A stretch of 64,000 nucleotides of DNA from Actinomycetota bacterium. GTDB taxonomy: Bacteria; Actinomycetota; UBA4738. The DNA is taken from the NCBI GenBank assembly GCA_050692195.1, contig JBOGVA010000080.1, positions 2,292 through 66,291 on the forward strand, in the 5' to 3' direction. The translations under genes were made by a program, and so were the position numbers. How positions within the stretch are numbered: position 1 is the stretch's first letter; each line of letters opens with the position of its first letter. The notes under the pieces were generated by a model. That model was not told the origin of the DNA. It did not search any database and worked only from the letters and a program-made list of their open reading frames with translations. Below, piece by piece: positions 1 to 9,253 of this stretch.

Positions 1-9
1 TGAGGCGGT

Positions 10-558
10 ATGGCGAAGCGGAAGCGGCGTGTTCACGAGGAGGACGTCCGGCCCGAGACGCGGCCCCGCTCCCTCCGGGAGCGTGAGCCCGCCCCGGGCG
101 GCCCCTCAGCGGAGGTCCTGCGGCTGCAGAGGCTGGCGGGCAACAGCGCGGTGAACGTCCTCATGCGTTCACCAACGGTCCAGCGGGACACCGGCACCGC
201 CCCCGCCCCCGCGGACGACCGACCGAAGGAGTCGGGAATAACGATCGTCGTCGAGGACGAGATGATCGGCTCGTTCGTGGCGGTGAGCGTCCAGCTGGTC
301 AACGCCCCGAGAGGCGGGGCCACCGCCGGGAAGCGGCTCCCGAACGAAGTCCTCGTCACCAAGAGGAGCGATGAGCTCTCCCCGCTACTGATGCAGGCAG
401 CAGCGACCGGCAAGGTCTTCCCAAGCCTGACGGTGGCCATGCCCGGCTTCCCGCTGGTGATGAAGGACGTCATGATCTCGTCCTTCCAGATGGGCGGCGG
501 GGTGGAATCGTTCGACACCATGGTCTTCTCGGCCAAGGAGCCGGAAGAGAAGGACTAG
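10..558 (+). CDS. Hypothetical protein with an N-terminal LQRLAGNSAV motif region and a C-terminal Hcp-like (T6SS tube-protein-like) segment
   Basis: 182-aa ORF from the track. An SD-like gaggcgg lies just upstream, and a TGA at 1-3 suggests coupling to a gene outside the window. The C-terminal ~100 aa (RSDELSPLLMQAAATGKVFPSLTV...LVMKDVMISSFQMGGG...ESFDTMVFSA) resemble the Hcp/PF05638 core by eye. LQRLAGNSAV resembles the N-terminal motif of actinobacterial DUF4157/toxin-type proteins. Confidence 0.5.
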   Translation: MAKRKRRVHEEDVRPETRPRSLREREPAPGGPSAEVLRLQRLAGNSAVNVLMRSPTVQRDTGTAPAPADDRPKESGITIVVEDEMIGSFVAVSVQLVNAPRGGATAGKRLPNEVLVTKRSDELSPLLMQAAATGKVFPSLTVAMPGFPLVMKDVMISSFQMGGGVESFDTMVFSAKEPEEKD

Positions 559-563
559 CTTCC

Positions 564-1709
564 CTAGGGCAGCTCTTCCTCCAGGGAGATCTGGACCCGG
601 GGACCCTCCGCCGCGTAGGCCTGCAAGAATCCCTCCGCAGGAACAGCGTTCTCGGGTGGATGCACGCCCGGCTCGACCCTGCCCTCCGCGAGCCACGGCG
701 CAGCGATGGCGATGGGCAGCGCCGTGCCGAACGCGCCCGCGGTGATCCCCTCCGGAGGCGGTTCGACCACCACCGTGCCGACGACGCGCGCCCGGCGTCC
801 TCCGCGCATGCCCGTCACCCGGACGACCGTGGATTCGATGTCTCTCGGCGGCCCCTCCGAAGCCCCGAGGCGGTCCAGAACGCCGATCAGGATCTCGCGA
901 GGCGTGACCGGCCCCTTGTCGGTCGGTATCGGTTCTTCCGAGGAGAGCCCGATGTCCGCCAGGAGCCGGAACCCTCGCTCCACATCGGGAGGAAGGGCCA
1001 GTCGCCAACGCACGTTGCGCACGCCCTGGATGGTGCTGGGAAGCGTGGCGAGCTCGGAGTGCAGCGTGTACACGGCTTCCATCTCTCCGATCGGCTCGGG
1101 GAACTCGAATCGCATCCCTCCAGAGGCCGCCGGCACCTCTTTCAGCTGACCCTCCTCGTACACCACGGCCGGCATGGTGAACTCGTCGAGGATGGTCTCC
1201 GCTGAGTAGGGGACGCCGAAGCCGCCGCCCGGTTCGATCGAGCCGTTGTACAGGTCCACCGTATCCACCTCGTCCAGGCGGTCCGCCCCGAGCCGGGCGA
1301 GGACGTTGGTGATCCCCGGCGCCATCCCGATCCCCAACACGGCGGGCACGCCGGCCTCGCGGAACCGCCGGTCGAGCTCGAGCTGGCGGATGGTCACGTG
1401 ATACAGCCCGCCCAGGTCGGCGTACGGACAGCCGGCCTCCAGGGCAGCCTCCATGACCTCGAGGTTCAACCGGTAGGGGAGGCAGGCCGCCACCGCCTCG
1501 GTGTCCTTGAGGGCTGCCGCCAGACCACCGCTCTCCACGTCTACCTGGCGAGCCTCGCCCCGGCCGATCTCGGCCACGACCCGTTCGGCCCGAGAGGGAT
1601 CGGTGTCAAGGACCACTGGCTCGACGTCGGCCCGGCGGGCCGCCAGACGCGCGGCCGCGCTCCCCATGGCACCGGCGCCCAGGAAGGCGATGCGCACGGC
1701 GGCGAGCAT
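564..1709 (-). CDS. Saccharopine dehydrogenase-family NAD(P)-binding oxidoreductase
   Basis: Track ORF 564..1748. The Rossmann motif IAFLGAGAMGSAAA follows the Met encoded at 1707-1709, so I place the start there. The rest looks like the saccharopine-DH C-terminal domain family. Confidence 0.7.
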   Translation of the reverse strand: MLAAVRIAFLGAGAMGSAAARLAARRADVEPVVLDTDPSRAERVVAEIGRGEARQVDVESGGLAAALKDTEAVAACLPYRLNLEVMEAALEAGCPYADLGGLYHVTIRQLELDRRFREAGVPAVLGIGMAPGITNVLARLGADRLDEVDTVDLYNGSIEPGGGFGVPYSAETILDEFTMPAVVYEEGQLKEVPAASGGMRFEFPEPIGEMEAVYTLHSELATLPSTIQGVRNVRWRLALPPDVERGFRLLADIGLSSEEPIPTDKGPVTPREILIGVLDRLGASEGPPRDIESTVVRVTGMRGGRRARVVGTVVVEPPPEGITAGAFGTALPIAIAAPWLAEGRVEPGVHPPENAVPAEGFLQAYAAEGPRVQISLEEELP

Positions 1710-1747
1710 ACACGGTAGCCTTCCGCCCGGACGGTGGGAGGAGGCCA

Positions 1748-3196
1748 ATGCCCAAGCTGATGTTCATCGGCGGTTCCTGGACCGAGGGCCGGGGCACCGA
1801 GACCCTCGAGGTCACCAGCCCAGCCACCGGGGAGTCCCTCGGCGCCGTCCCCGTATCAACTCCCGAGGACGTCGATCAGGCCGTCGGTCACGCGCGCGAG
1901 GGGCTCGAGGCCATGGACGCCATGACCGTGTTCGAGCGGGCCGAGCTGCTGCACGGCGCGGCGGACCTCATGGAGGAGCGGAAGGAAGAGCTCGGCCGCG
2001 AGCTCACCATCGAGCAGGGGAAGCCGCTGCACACCGAGGGGATCGCCGAGATCGAGGAGTCGGCGGAGAACTTCCGGGTGGCGGCGGAGGACGTGAAGCG
2101 CCTCACCACGGAGGTGCTGCCCTCGCAGGATCGGGGCAAGAGGATGTTCACCTTCCGCAAGCCGAACGGCGTGTACGCCGTCATCAGCCCGTGGAACTTC
2201 CCGTTCGTCATTCCCTCGGAGCTGATCGCGCCCGCCCTGGCCGGAGGCAACTCGGTGTTGTTCAAGCCGGCGGAGCAAACGCCGCTCATCGGGATGCGAA
2301 TGGTGGAGATCCTGGAGGAGGCGGGGTTCCCCCCTGGGGCGGTGTCGCTCGTCTACGGGGGTGGATCTACCGGGCAGGCCCTCGTGTCCCACGACGGCGT
2401 CGACGCCATCGCGTTCGTCGGCTCGCACGACACGGGGGAGGCCATCGTTCGATCGGCGGGGCTGAAGCGCACCCTCATGGAGCTCTCCGGTAACGGACCC
2501 CAGATCGTGCTCGACGATGCCAACCTCGAGGCCGCGGCGGCGCTGGCGACGTTCGGGGCGACCTACGTCTCGGGCCAGTGCTGCGTAGCGACCGAGCGAG
2601 TCCTCGTGGCCGAGTCGGTGCACGACGACTTCGTGAACGCCCTCCTCAAGGAGTCCGAGAAGGTGGTCCTCGGTGACCCACTGGACGAGAAGACGACGAT
2701 GGGCCCGCTGAACAATCCCGAGGTTGCGGAGAAGGTCGAGCGCCATCTGGAGGACGCGCGGCACCGGGGCTGCGAGATCCTCGTCGGCGGCGGCCGTGCA
2801 ACCGGCTTCCCGACGGATCTGTACTACGAGCTGACCCTGATCGATGGCGTCGGTACCGGTACCCTCCTCTTCCGCGACGAGTCGTTCGGGCCGGTCCTTC
2901 CCATCACGACCTTCCGCGACGACGAGGAAGCCATCAGCCTGGCGAACGACTCGCACCTCGGGCTTCAGGCCGCGGTGTTCACCTCCAGCCTGAAGCGGGC
3001 GTTCACGTTCATCGACCGCCTCCGGGTGGGGAACGTCGTGGTGAACGACACCACCGACTACTGGGAGTCGATGGAGCCGTTCGGCGGGGCCTCCGGCACC
3101 CGGACCGGATGGGGAAGGGTCGGGGGGAAGTGGGGGCTCATGGACATGACCGACCTCCGGACCGCCGTGATCGACTTCCGGAACACGCGCGACTGA
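1748..3196 (+). CDS. NAD(P)-dependent aldehyde dehydrogenase
   Basis: 482 aa with ALDH hallmarks: FKPAEQTPL, ELSGNGP (glutamate motif) and the catalytic Cys context GQCCVA. Confidence 0.9.
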   Translation: MPKLMFIGGSWTEGRGTETLEVTSPATGESLGAVPVSTPEDVDQAVGHAREGLEAMDAMTVFERAELLHGAADLMEERKEELGRELTIEQGKPLHTEGIAEIEESAENFRVAAEDVKRLTTEVLPSQDRGKRMFTFRKPNGVYAVISPWNFPFVIPSELIAPALAGGNSVLFKPAEQTPLIGMRMVEILEEAGFPPGAVSLVYGGGSTGQALVSHDGVDAIAFVGSHDTGEAIVRSAGLKRTLMELSGNGPQIVLDDANLEAAAALATFGATYVSGQCCVATERVLVAESVHDDFVNALLKESEKVVLGDPLDEKTTMGPLNNPEVAEKVERHLEDARHRGCEILVGGGRATGFPTDLYYELTLIDGVGTGTLLFRDESFGPVLPITTFRDDEEAISLANDSHLGLQAAVFTSSLKRAFTFIDRLRVGNVVVNDTTDYWESMEPFGGASGTRTGWGRVGGKWGLMDMTDLRTAVIDFRNTRD

Positions 3197-3224
3197 GCGC
3201 GAGCCGGCGGTCTGACTCTCGCCT

Positions 3225-3629
3225 CTAGCGCCCGGATATCAGGACCCGGTTGACCCTCCGCAGCTGTCGGAGCTCGGCCAGCCTGAGCACGAACCATGCC
3301 GCCGCCGCCGCGCCCGCCAGGGTCTTCAGCCGGTCGTTCCGGAGCGCCTCCTCGAGCCGAACGGCCCACCGGTCCGGGATCACGTTGACGACCGTCTCGG
3401 GCACGGCGTTTCGGACGGCCCGTCGGGCAGGCTTCCGGCGCTTCCGGAGCCGCCGGACCGCCATCATCACGGCGGTGCCGGCGACGCCGCCGCCGACGGC
3501 CACGCCGACGAGCCGCTTGGCCCACCGAGCGGGGCGGGGGAGGCGGTCCTCGAGCTCCCTGATCTCGTCCTCGAGCCGTCCCCGCAGATCCTCGATCTCC
3601 TTCACCGTTTCAGTTGAGCTTTGGCCCAT
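3225..3629 (-). CDS. DUF3618-like small membrane-anchored coiled-coil protein
   Basis: This is the C-terminal 134 codons of the 3225..4958 track ORF, starting at the ATG at 3627-3629. It reads MGQSSTETVKEIEDLRGRLEDEIRELEDRL followed by one TM segment. It overlaps the stop of the upstream Holin-X gene. The rest of the 577-aa ORF is Arg/Gly-rich alternate-frame noise. Confidence 0.55.
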   Translation of the reverse strand: MGQSSTETVKEIEDLRGRLEDEIRELEDRLPRPARWAKRLVGVAVGGGVAGTAVMMAVRRLRKRRKPARRAVRNAVPETVVNVIPDRWAVRLEEALRNDRLKTLAGAAAAAWFVLRLAELRQLRRVNRVLISGR

Positions 3630-4867
3630 CGCACGTCCTCCTTGATCGTCCGCTTGGTCTCCCCGAGCGGCGGTTTGGCCTTCGGCTTTCCGAACACGAA
3701 CGCCGCCCCGGCCAACAGCAGGAACAGGCCCCCAACGACGAGCCTCGACGCCCACGGATCCAGCACGAGGTCGAGGCCCCGGGCCAGGGCCGCGGACAGC
3801 CACCCCAGGGCGAACAGCCCGAAGACCCCCGCCACGCCCAACACCGCGATCGCCTTCACCCGGCTGGTGACGGACTCGGCGACCTCCTGTTTCGCCAGCT
3901 CGATCTCTTTCCGCACGAGCGTGGCCGAGTCGCTGGCGATGGACACGATGAGGTCCGGTGTCGACCGGGACCCCGGGGCCCGCTCGCCATCGCCGGCTGC
4001 CGCCGGCACGTCGGTGCTTCGGTCCCGCATGGGACCACCTCCCTTCCCTTCTCGCTCCTCGATCAGTACCGCGTTGATCTCCGCTCCGTAGAGGAGCACC
4101 CGCGCCGCCAGGTGCATCAGGACGAGCACTCCGACCACCGCCGCGAACGTTCCGTAGACCGCCGTGGCTCCGGTCACCACCCGCGTGGCGTACCAGGACC
4201 CCGCCACCTTCAGCACCGTCCAGCCCACCGCGGCGAACGCCGCGCCCGCCCAGAGCTTGCCGAACGGTGGTCCCCGGCGCTGTGTCAGCAGCCGGTAGGA
4301 CAGCATGAACAACCCGAAGTCGAGAACCAGCCCCACCAGGACCGCGGCGACACCCAGGAGCACGCTCAGCAGCCCGGAGGCCTCGATCGCAGTCACCGAC
4401 CCGGTGATCGCCACGGAGAGCAGACCCAGGGAGCCCAGCGCGGCCAGCGTGCCGAAGCGCCACACGTTCTGCTTGACGAAGGACTCGTATCCGTGGACGC
4501 GGAAGATCCGGTTGAGGGCGGTGCCGGCCGCGGTGACGATGCCGGCGCCCGTCCATGCCAGGCCGGCCAGGGCGATCAAGCCGACGGCGCCGCGGGCTTC
4601 CACGACGGCGCGGATGTTCTGTCCGACGATCTGCCCCAGGCCGGGGATCCCCTCGCTCAGTCGCTCCACCCACTCGGACTGCCCCCGGATGTCGCCGGCC
4701 AGAGCGAACCCGATGAAGGACAGCGCCAACAGCAGCAGGGGGAACAGCGAGAGGAAGCCGTAGTAGGCAACCGCGGCCGCCATGTTGTTCCCGCCGTCCT
4801 CGGAGAACCGCTGCATGACGGCCATCGTCCGCCGCACCAGAGGCCGCTTCGTCACCCTTCCAAGCAC
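3602..4867 (-). CDS. YihY/BrkB-family membrane protein fused to a C-terminal actinobacterial Holin-X (PF07332-like) domain
   Basis: 421 aa. The N-terminal ~290 aa carry the YihY pattern (AAAVAYYGFLSLFPLLLL, 6 TM, ending LLYGAEINAV). After a linker comes DLIVSIASDSATLVRKEIELAKQEVAE plus 2 TM and TIKEDVRWAKAQL, which is typical of Holin-X. Confidence 0.8.
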   Translation of the reverse strand: MLGRVTKRPLVRRTMAVMQRFSEDGGNNMAAAVAYYGFLSLFPLLLLALSFIGFALAGDIRGQSEWVERLSEGIPGLGQIVGQNIRAVVEARGAVGLIALAGLAWTGAGIVTAAGTALNRIFRVHGYESFVKQNVWRFGTLAALGSLGLLSVAITGSVTAIEASGLLSVLLGVAAVLVGLVLDFGLFMLSYRLLTQRRGPPFGKLWAGAAFAAVGWTVLKVAGSWYATRVVTGATAVYGTFAAVVGVLVLMHLAARVLLYGAEINAVLIEEREGKGGGPMRDRSTDVPAAAGDGERAPGSRSTPDLIVSIASDSATLVRKEIELAKQEVAESVTSRVKAIAVLGVAGVFGLFALGWLSAALARGLDLVLDPWASRLVVGGLFLLLAGAAFVFGKPKAKPPLGETKRTIKEDVRWAKAQLKR

Positions 4868-4949
4868 ACCAAGGTTCTACCCCGTTGCCGAGCCCGGCAC
4901 GCGGACCGTATTCGGGGGAGAGATCCGCACCGGTAGACTGCCGCCTGAG

Positions 4950-6146
4950 ATGTCCCACCGGCGCGGCCGGTCCCGGCGATCGCGGGGGGGTGCCTCAGGA
5001 GTCAGGTCCCGGAGCCCCGGCGGCCTCACCGCCGTCGTCGCCGCTCTCGGCGTGATCACGGTGATCGGGCTGGCGGCGCTGTGGCCCGGGGGCGACGTGC
5101 GAGGCGACCTCCAGGGCCTCGGCGTGGCCATCGCCGCTCAATCGTTCGAGGGGCGGGTGGCCGACACGCGGGAAGTCCCGTGTCAGGGCACCGAGCCCGA
5201 GCAGGACATCCTGTGCCTCCGGGTCACCTTCGACCTGCTCGAGGGTCCGGATCGCGGCCGGGCTGTCTCCCAGGAGTTCCCGGTGACGGCCAACGTTCCT
5301 CGGTTCGAGGAGGGGGAGTCCGTCATCGTCGCTCACGATCCCCAGGCGGCCGAGGAGTTTCAGTACCGATTCGCCGACCGCGACCGGGAGTCCGTGTTGG
5401 CCTGGCTGGCCCTGGGCTTCGCGGTGGCGGTGGTTGTTCTGGGGCGGCTCCGGGGGCTCGCTGCGCTCGCCGGACTCGCCGCCACCTTCGTCGTCTTGCT
5501 GCGCTTCGTGCTACCGGCCATCCTGGAGGGGAAGAGTCCCCTCTTGGTCGCGGTGATCGGCGCGGCGCTCATCGCCTTCCTGGCCCTGTATCTTGCCCAC
5601 GGCTTCACTCCCATGACCTCCGTCGCATTGATCGGCACGCTGGCGAGCCTGGCCCTCACCGCCGTCCTCGCCAGCGCGTTCGTGGAGGCCGCCCGGATCA
5701 GCGGCCTGGCCACGGAGGAGGCCCTGATCATCCGGGTGGGAGCGGCGCAGATCGACCTGGCCGGACTGGTCCTGGGGGGCGTGATCATCGGAGCCCTCGG
5801 CGCCATCGACGACATGACGGTGACCCAGGCGTCGGCGGTGTGGGAGCTGCGCGCGGCGAATCCCGCGATGTCGGCGGGAGACCTCGCTCGCGCGGGCATG
5901 CGCATCGGCCGCGACCACGTGGCCTCCACGGTGAACACGCTGTTCCTCGCGTACGCCGGGGCGTCGATGCCGCTGCTCGTGCTGTTCGTGCTGTCTCGGC
6001 AGTCGCTGGCGACGGTGGCCAACACCGAGATCGTGGCCACGGAGATCGTCCGTACGCTCGTGGGAAGCATCGGGCTGGTTGCTTCGGTCCCTCTCACCAC
6101 GTGGCTGGCCGCCTACATCGCCCCGCGGAGCGTTCCCGGGGACTGA
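4950..6146 (+). CDS. YibE/F-family integral membrane protein
   Basis: Track ORF 4782..6146. I prefer the ATG at 4950 (MSHRRGRSRR), which avoids overlap with the divergent gene. The protein has many TM segments and GALGAIDDMTVTQASAVWEL, typical of YibE/F. Confidence 0.7.
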   Translation: MSHRRGRSRRSRGGASGVRSRSPGGLTAVVAALGVITVIGLAALWPGGDVRGDLQGLGVAIAAQSFEGRVADTREVPCQGTEPEQDILCLRVTFDLLEGPDRGRAVSQEFPVTANVPRFEEGESVIVAHDPQAAEEFQYRFADRDRESVLAWLALGFAVAVVVLGRLRGLAALAGLAATFVVLLRFVLPAILEGKSPLLVAVIGAALIAFLALYLAHGFTPMTSVALIGTLASLALTAVLASAFVEAARISGLATEEALIIRVGAAQIDLAGLVLGGVIIGALGAIDDMTVTQASAVWELRAANPAMSAGDLARAGMRIGRDHVASTVNTLFLAYAGASMPLLVLFVLSRQSLATVANTEIVATEIVRTLVGSIGLVASVPLTTWLAAYIAPRSVPGD

Positions 6147-6150
6147 GGGA

Positions 6151-6624
6151 TCAGGCGCACCTTCGGCAGAGGCCGATGAGGTCGATCCGGTGGGTCTCGG
6201 GGGTGAATCCGGCGCGGGCGGCCGCCTGGGCCATGGCCTCCTCGACGCGGCGCTCCAGCGGTCCGGAGGCGGAGAAGTCCTCGACGGTTCCGCACGACGC
6301 GCAGACCAGGTGGTGGTGGTGGCGAGTGAGGTCCTCGGCCAGCTCGAACCGGGCGTGGTCGCCCCCCGTCACCAGACGACGTACCACCCGGGCGGCCTCG
6401 AGGACCGCCAGGTTCCGGTACGCCGAGGACAGGGCCAGGCCTCGCCGGCGTCCGATGATCTCCCGGATGGTCAACGGCTGGCCCGCACCGGCCAGGATCT
6501 CCACCACGGCCAGACGGTTGCGCGTGGCTCTCTGGCCGGCCGCCTCGAGCCGGGCGGCGGCTTCCTCCCGAGGGGTGGGTGGTGAGTTCCCCTGACGGGC
6601 GGACGATCGGCGATCGGCAGTCAT
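6151..6624 (-). CDS. zur: Fur-family metalloregulator, probably Zur
   Basis: This is the C-terminal 157 codons of track ORF 6151..7284, with its ATG at 6622-6624 overlapping the znuB stop (ATGA). It has a winged helix (RNRLAVVEIL...LTIREI) and HHHHLVCASCG plus a C-terminal CRRC metal site. It is the last gene of the metal ABC operon. Confidence 0.8.
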   Translation of the reverse strand: MTADRRSSARQGNSPPTPREEAAARLEAAGQRATRNRLAVVEILAGAGQPLTIREIIGRRRGLALSSAYRNLAVLEAARVVRRLVTGGDHARFELAEDLTRHHHHLVCASCGTVEDFSASGPLERRVEEAMAQAAARAGFTPETHRIDLIGLCRRCA

Positions 6625-7514
6625 CGCAGGCGGGGGAGCGCGGACTCGGAAGGCGCGGCGACGTGCCGCCGCCACGCCCCCGTGGCCAGGAAGGTCGCCG
6701 CGAACGCAGCGGCGGCGACGAGGACGATGGTGCCGCCGGGAGCCAGCCCCCAGGCGCGGGCCGCGCCCAGCCCGACCACGACCGAGCCCATCCCCACGGC
6801 CACCGCGCCGGCGACCGTGCCCCGGAAGGACCGGGCCACGAGCTGGCCGGTGGCCACGGGCAGGACCATGAGCGCGGCCACCAGGAGGAGGCCCACCACG
6901 CGCATCGCCGCCACGACGGTCAGGGCGGTGAGGGCGGCCAGGACCGTGTTCACCGCGTCGACGGGCACCCCGCCCACGCGGGCGGATTCCTCGTCCACCA
7001 CGACCGAGAAGAGGGCTCTCCCCGTCACCGCGACGGTGCCGACGATGACCGCGCCCAGCACGATCACCGTCCAAACGTCGCCCGCCGTGACGGTGAGGAT
7101 CGAGCCGAAGAGATAGGACAGGATGCCGGCGTCGAATGATGCGGCCAGTCCGGTGAGCACTACCCCCGCGGCGATCCCGCCGTAGAAGAAGAGGGCCAGC
7201 GCCAGGTCTCCGGACGTTCGCCCGCGGGCTCGCAGCCGCTCGATGGCCACGGCGCCGCCGACCGCCACGGCGAGGGCCGTCCACCCGGCCCAGATTCCGA
7301 ACCGGGTCTCGAGGAGGAGGCCCGCGGCCACCCCGGCGAACGCCAGGTGCCCGATGCCGTCGCCGAGCAGCGAGAGGCGCTTCGGCACCAGGTACGCCCC
7401 GATGAGCGGAGCGGTGGCTCCCACCACCATCCCCGCCACCAGGGCGAGCTGCATGTACTCGCGGTCGAAGGGCCAGGGGAAGGAGACGGCGGTCACCGAA
7501 GCTCCTCGAGCCAC
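6621..7514 (-). CDS. znuB: Metal (Zn/Mn-type) ABC transporter permease
   Basis: 297 aa, 8-9 TM, ABC-3 family pattern (LLGDGIGHLAFAGVA). Metal specificity is inferred only from the linked Fur-family gene. Confidence 0.8.
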   Translation of the reverse strand: MARGASVTAVSFPWPFDREYMQLALVAGMVVGATAPLIGAYLVPKRLSLLGDGIGHLAFAGVAAGLLLETRFGIWAGWTALAVAVGGAVAIERLRARGRTSGDLALALFFYGGIAAGVVLTGLAASFDAGILSYLFGSILTVTAGDVWTVIVLGAVIVGTVAVTGRALFSVVVDEESARVGGVPVDAVNTVLAALTALTVVAAMRVVGLLLVAALMVLPVATGQLVARSFRGTVAGAVAVGMGSVVVGLGAARAWGLAPGGTIVLVAAAAFAATFLATGAWRRHVAAPSESALPRLR

Positions 7515-8242
7515 AGGGGCAGGTCCTCGGCGTGCACTCCCAGACTCACGCCGGTCTTCACCAGGGCGTCAGGCGTTCCGTCGAAGAGAACCTTGCGCTT
7601 GAGGACCACCACCCGGGTGAGGTCGGAGGCCACCGCGCCGAGCTCGTGAGAGGCCAGGAGGACGGCGGCGTCGTGGTCCTCGATCATGTGGGTGAGCGAG
7701 TCCCGGAAGAGGCGCTGCGACTCCGCGTCCACGCCGGCCACGGGTTCGTCGAGGACGAGCACGTTCGGTTCGCTCACCAACGCCTTGGCGATGAACGCGC
7801 GCTGCTGCTGTCCGCCGGAGAGCTCGCTCACCCGGCGGGCCCGGAGCTCGAGGAGCGCCACCGAAGCCATGGCGTGCTCCGCCGCCTCCCGGTCGGCGCG
7901 GGAGAGGCGGCGCCACCAACCCCGCCGGGCCAGCCGGCCGGCGGAGACGATCTCCTCCACGGTGGCGGGAAGATCCCGGGCCAGCGCGGGCCGCTGGGGG
8001 ACGTAGCCGATGCGCCATCGCTCGGTGAGCCGTTCCGGAGGTTCGCCCAGCAGCCGGACCGTCCCCACGCTGGGTGTGAGGAGTCCGAGCAACACGCGGA
8101 GGAGCGTCGACTTCCCCGACCCGTTCGGGCCGACGAGAGCCACGAACTCGCGGCGGCGGAGGATGAAGTCGACGTCCTCGAGGGCGGGCTCGGCCCCGTA
8201 GGAGAAACCCACCCCCTCCGCGGCGAGAACCGCCTCCATCAC
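7493..8242 (-). CDS. znuC: Metal ABC transporter ATP-binding protein
   Basis: 249 aa with Walker A GPNGSGKST, signature LSGGQQQRA and Walker B VLVLDEP. Confidence 0.9.
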   Translation of the reverse strand: MMEAVLAAEGVGFSYGAEPALEDVDFILRRREFVALVGPNGSGKSTLLRVLLGLLTPSVGTVRLLGEPPERLTERWRIGYVPQRPALARDLPATVEEIVSAGRLARRGWWRRLSRADREAAEHAMASVALLELRARRVSELSGGQQQRAFIAKALVSEPNVLVLDEPVAGVDAESQRLFRDSLTHMIEDHDAAVLLASHELGAVASDLTRVVVLKRKVLFDGTPDALVKTGVSLGVHAEDLPLWLEELR

Positions 8243-9126
8243 GCGCCTCCTCGGCAGCCCAACGCCTCGCGAAGAGCCCGGAGGTTTCGCTCCATGAGGC
8301 GCACGTAGGTTGCCTCCGAGTCGGCCTCCCGCGACACGCCCTCCAGCGGATCGAGCGTGGCCACCCGGGCCCCGGTCTCCCGGGCCAGGGTCTCGGCGAC
8401 CCGCGGGCCCACCAACGGCTCGGTGAACACCGTCGTGACGCCTTCCCGCACGATGAGGTCCTCGAGCTCGGCGAGCGTGGCCGGGTCCGGCTCGGCCTCG
8501 GGGGAGAGCCCGGAGACCGATCGCTGCACGAGGTCGTAGCGGCGGGCCAGATGACCGAAGGCCTCGTGCGTGGTGACGAACGTCCGCCGCTCGCAGCTCT
8601 CGAGCTCTTCCTGGAACCTCCGGTGCAAGACCTCGATCTCTTCTCGGAACTCTGCCGCCCCCTCCTCATACGTTGGCGATCCCTGCGGGTCGATCTCGGA
8701 GAGCGCTCGGGCCACCACTTCCACGATCTCCGCCATCAGGAGAGGGTCGAGCCAAATGTGCGGGTCGGTGGCCTCCTCGGGTAGCACCTCGGCGACGATG
8801 TCCATGCTGATCCCGTCGCGTTGGGCGACGATCTCCTCGACGGCGGGCTGGAACCCGCCGCCCACGTAGAGGGCGAGATCGGCGTCGAGCAGCAGGTCGA
8901 CCTGGTCGGGGGAGAGCTCGATGTCGTGGGGCTCCGCTCCGGAGGGAACCAGGTTGGTGACGTCGGCCTGTTCGCCCCCCACGCGTTCGGCCGCTTCGAG
9001 CAGGGGGAACACGCTAACGGCCACGGAAATTGTCCCTTCGTCCGCCCCGGTTCGCGGGCTCGTGGGGGAGCACGCGCTCCCCAACGCGAGCAGCATCGCC
9101 GAACCAAGAATGAGAATCAACCTCAT
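8239..9126 (-). CDS. znuA: Metal ABC transporter substrate-binding lipoprotein (cluster A-I)
   Basis: 295 aa with a lipoprotein signal MRLILILGSAMLLALGSAC. The ZnuA/TroA-like pattern is present (GAEPHDIELSP, DPHIWLDP). Its start overlaps the znuC stop region. Confidence 0.8.
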   Translation of the reverse strand: MRLILILGSAMLLALGSACSPTSPRTGADEGTISVAVSVFPLLEAAERVGGEQADVTNLVPSGAEPHDIELSPDQVDLLLDADLALYVGGGFQPAVEEIVAQRDGISMDIVAEVLPEEATDPHIWLDPLLMAEIVEVVARALSEIDPQGSPTYEEGAAEFREEIEVLHRRFQEELESCERRTFVTTHEAFGHLARRYDLVQRSVSGLSPEAEPDPATLAELEDLIVREGVTTVFTEPLVGPRVAETLARETGARVATLDPLEGVSREADSEATYVRLMERNLRALREALGCRGGA

Positions 9127-9207
9127 TTTCTGCGAGCGAGCCTAGCAGGGGGGATCCAAGCAGGCAACCAGGACCGAGAGGGCTTGTCTATCGGACCGCC
9201 TCGTTGG

Positions 9208-9253
9208 GTGCGCCGGGAGGGATTCGAACCCCCGACCCGCTGCTTAGAAGGCA
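9208..9253 (-). repeat. Distal att-type direct repeat: a displaced copy of the 3' 46 nt of tRNA-Arg(TCT)
   Basis: Identical in all 46 positions to 29952-29997 when counted base by base. The adjacent sequence (9254 onward) cannot form the 5' half of a tRNA, because there is no GCGCCGG acceptor strand. Confidence 0.85.

Noticed and set aside
3225-4958. A 577-aa minus-strand ORF spanning the Holin-X/YihY region
   Set aside because: Apart from its last 134 codons (the DUF3618-like gene), it is an Arg/Gly/Pro-rich alternate frame of the real 3602..4867 gene. Stop-free frames of this kind are typical high-GC artefacts.
9106-9131. An AT-rich patch around the znuA start codon (minus strand AGAAAATGAGGTTGATTCTCAT) resembling a Zur box
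   Set aside because: The left half fits TGAAAATGA well, but the right half (TTCTCA) is displaced by several nucleotides from a 7-1-7 palindrome. Much of the AT-richness is explained by the signal-peptide codons. This is too weak to call.
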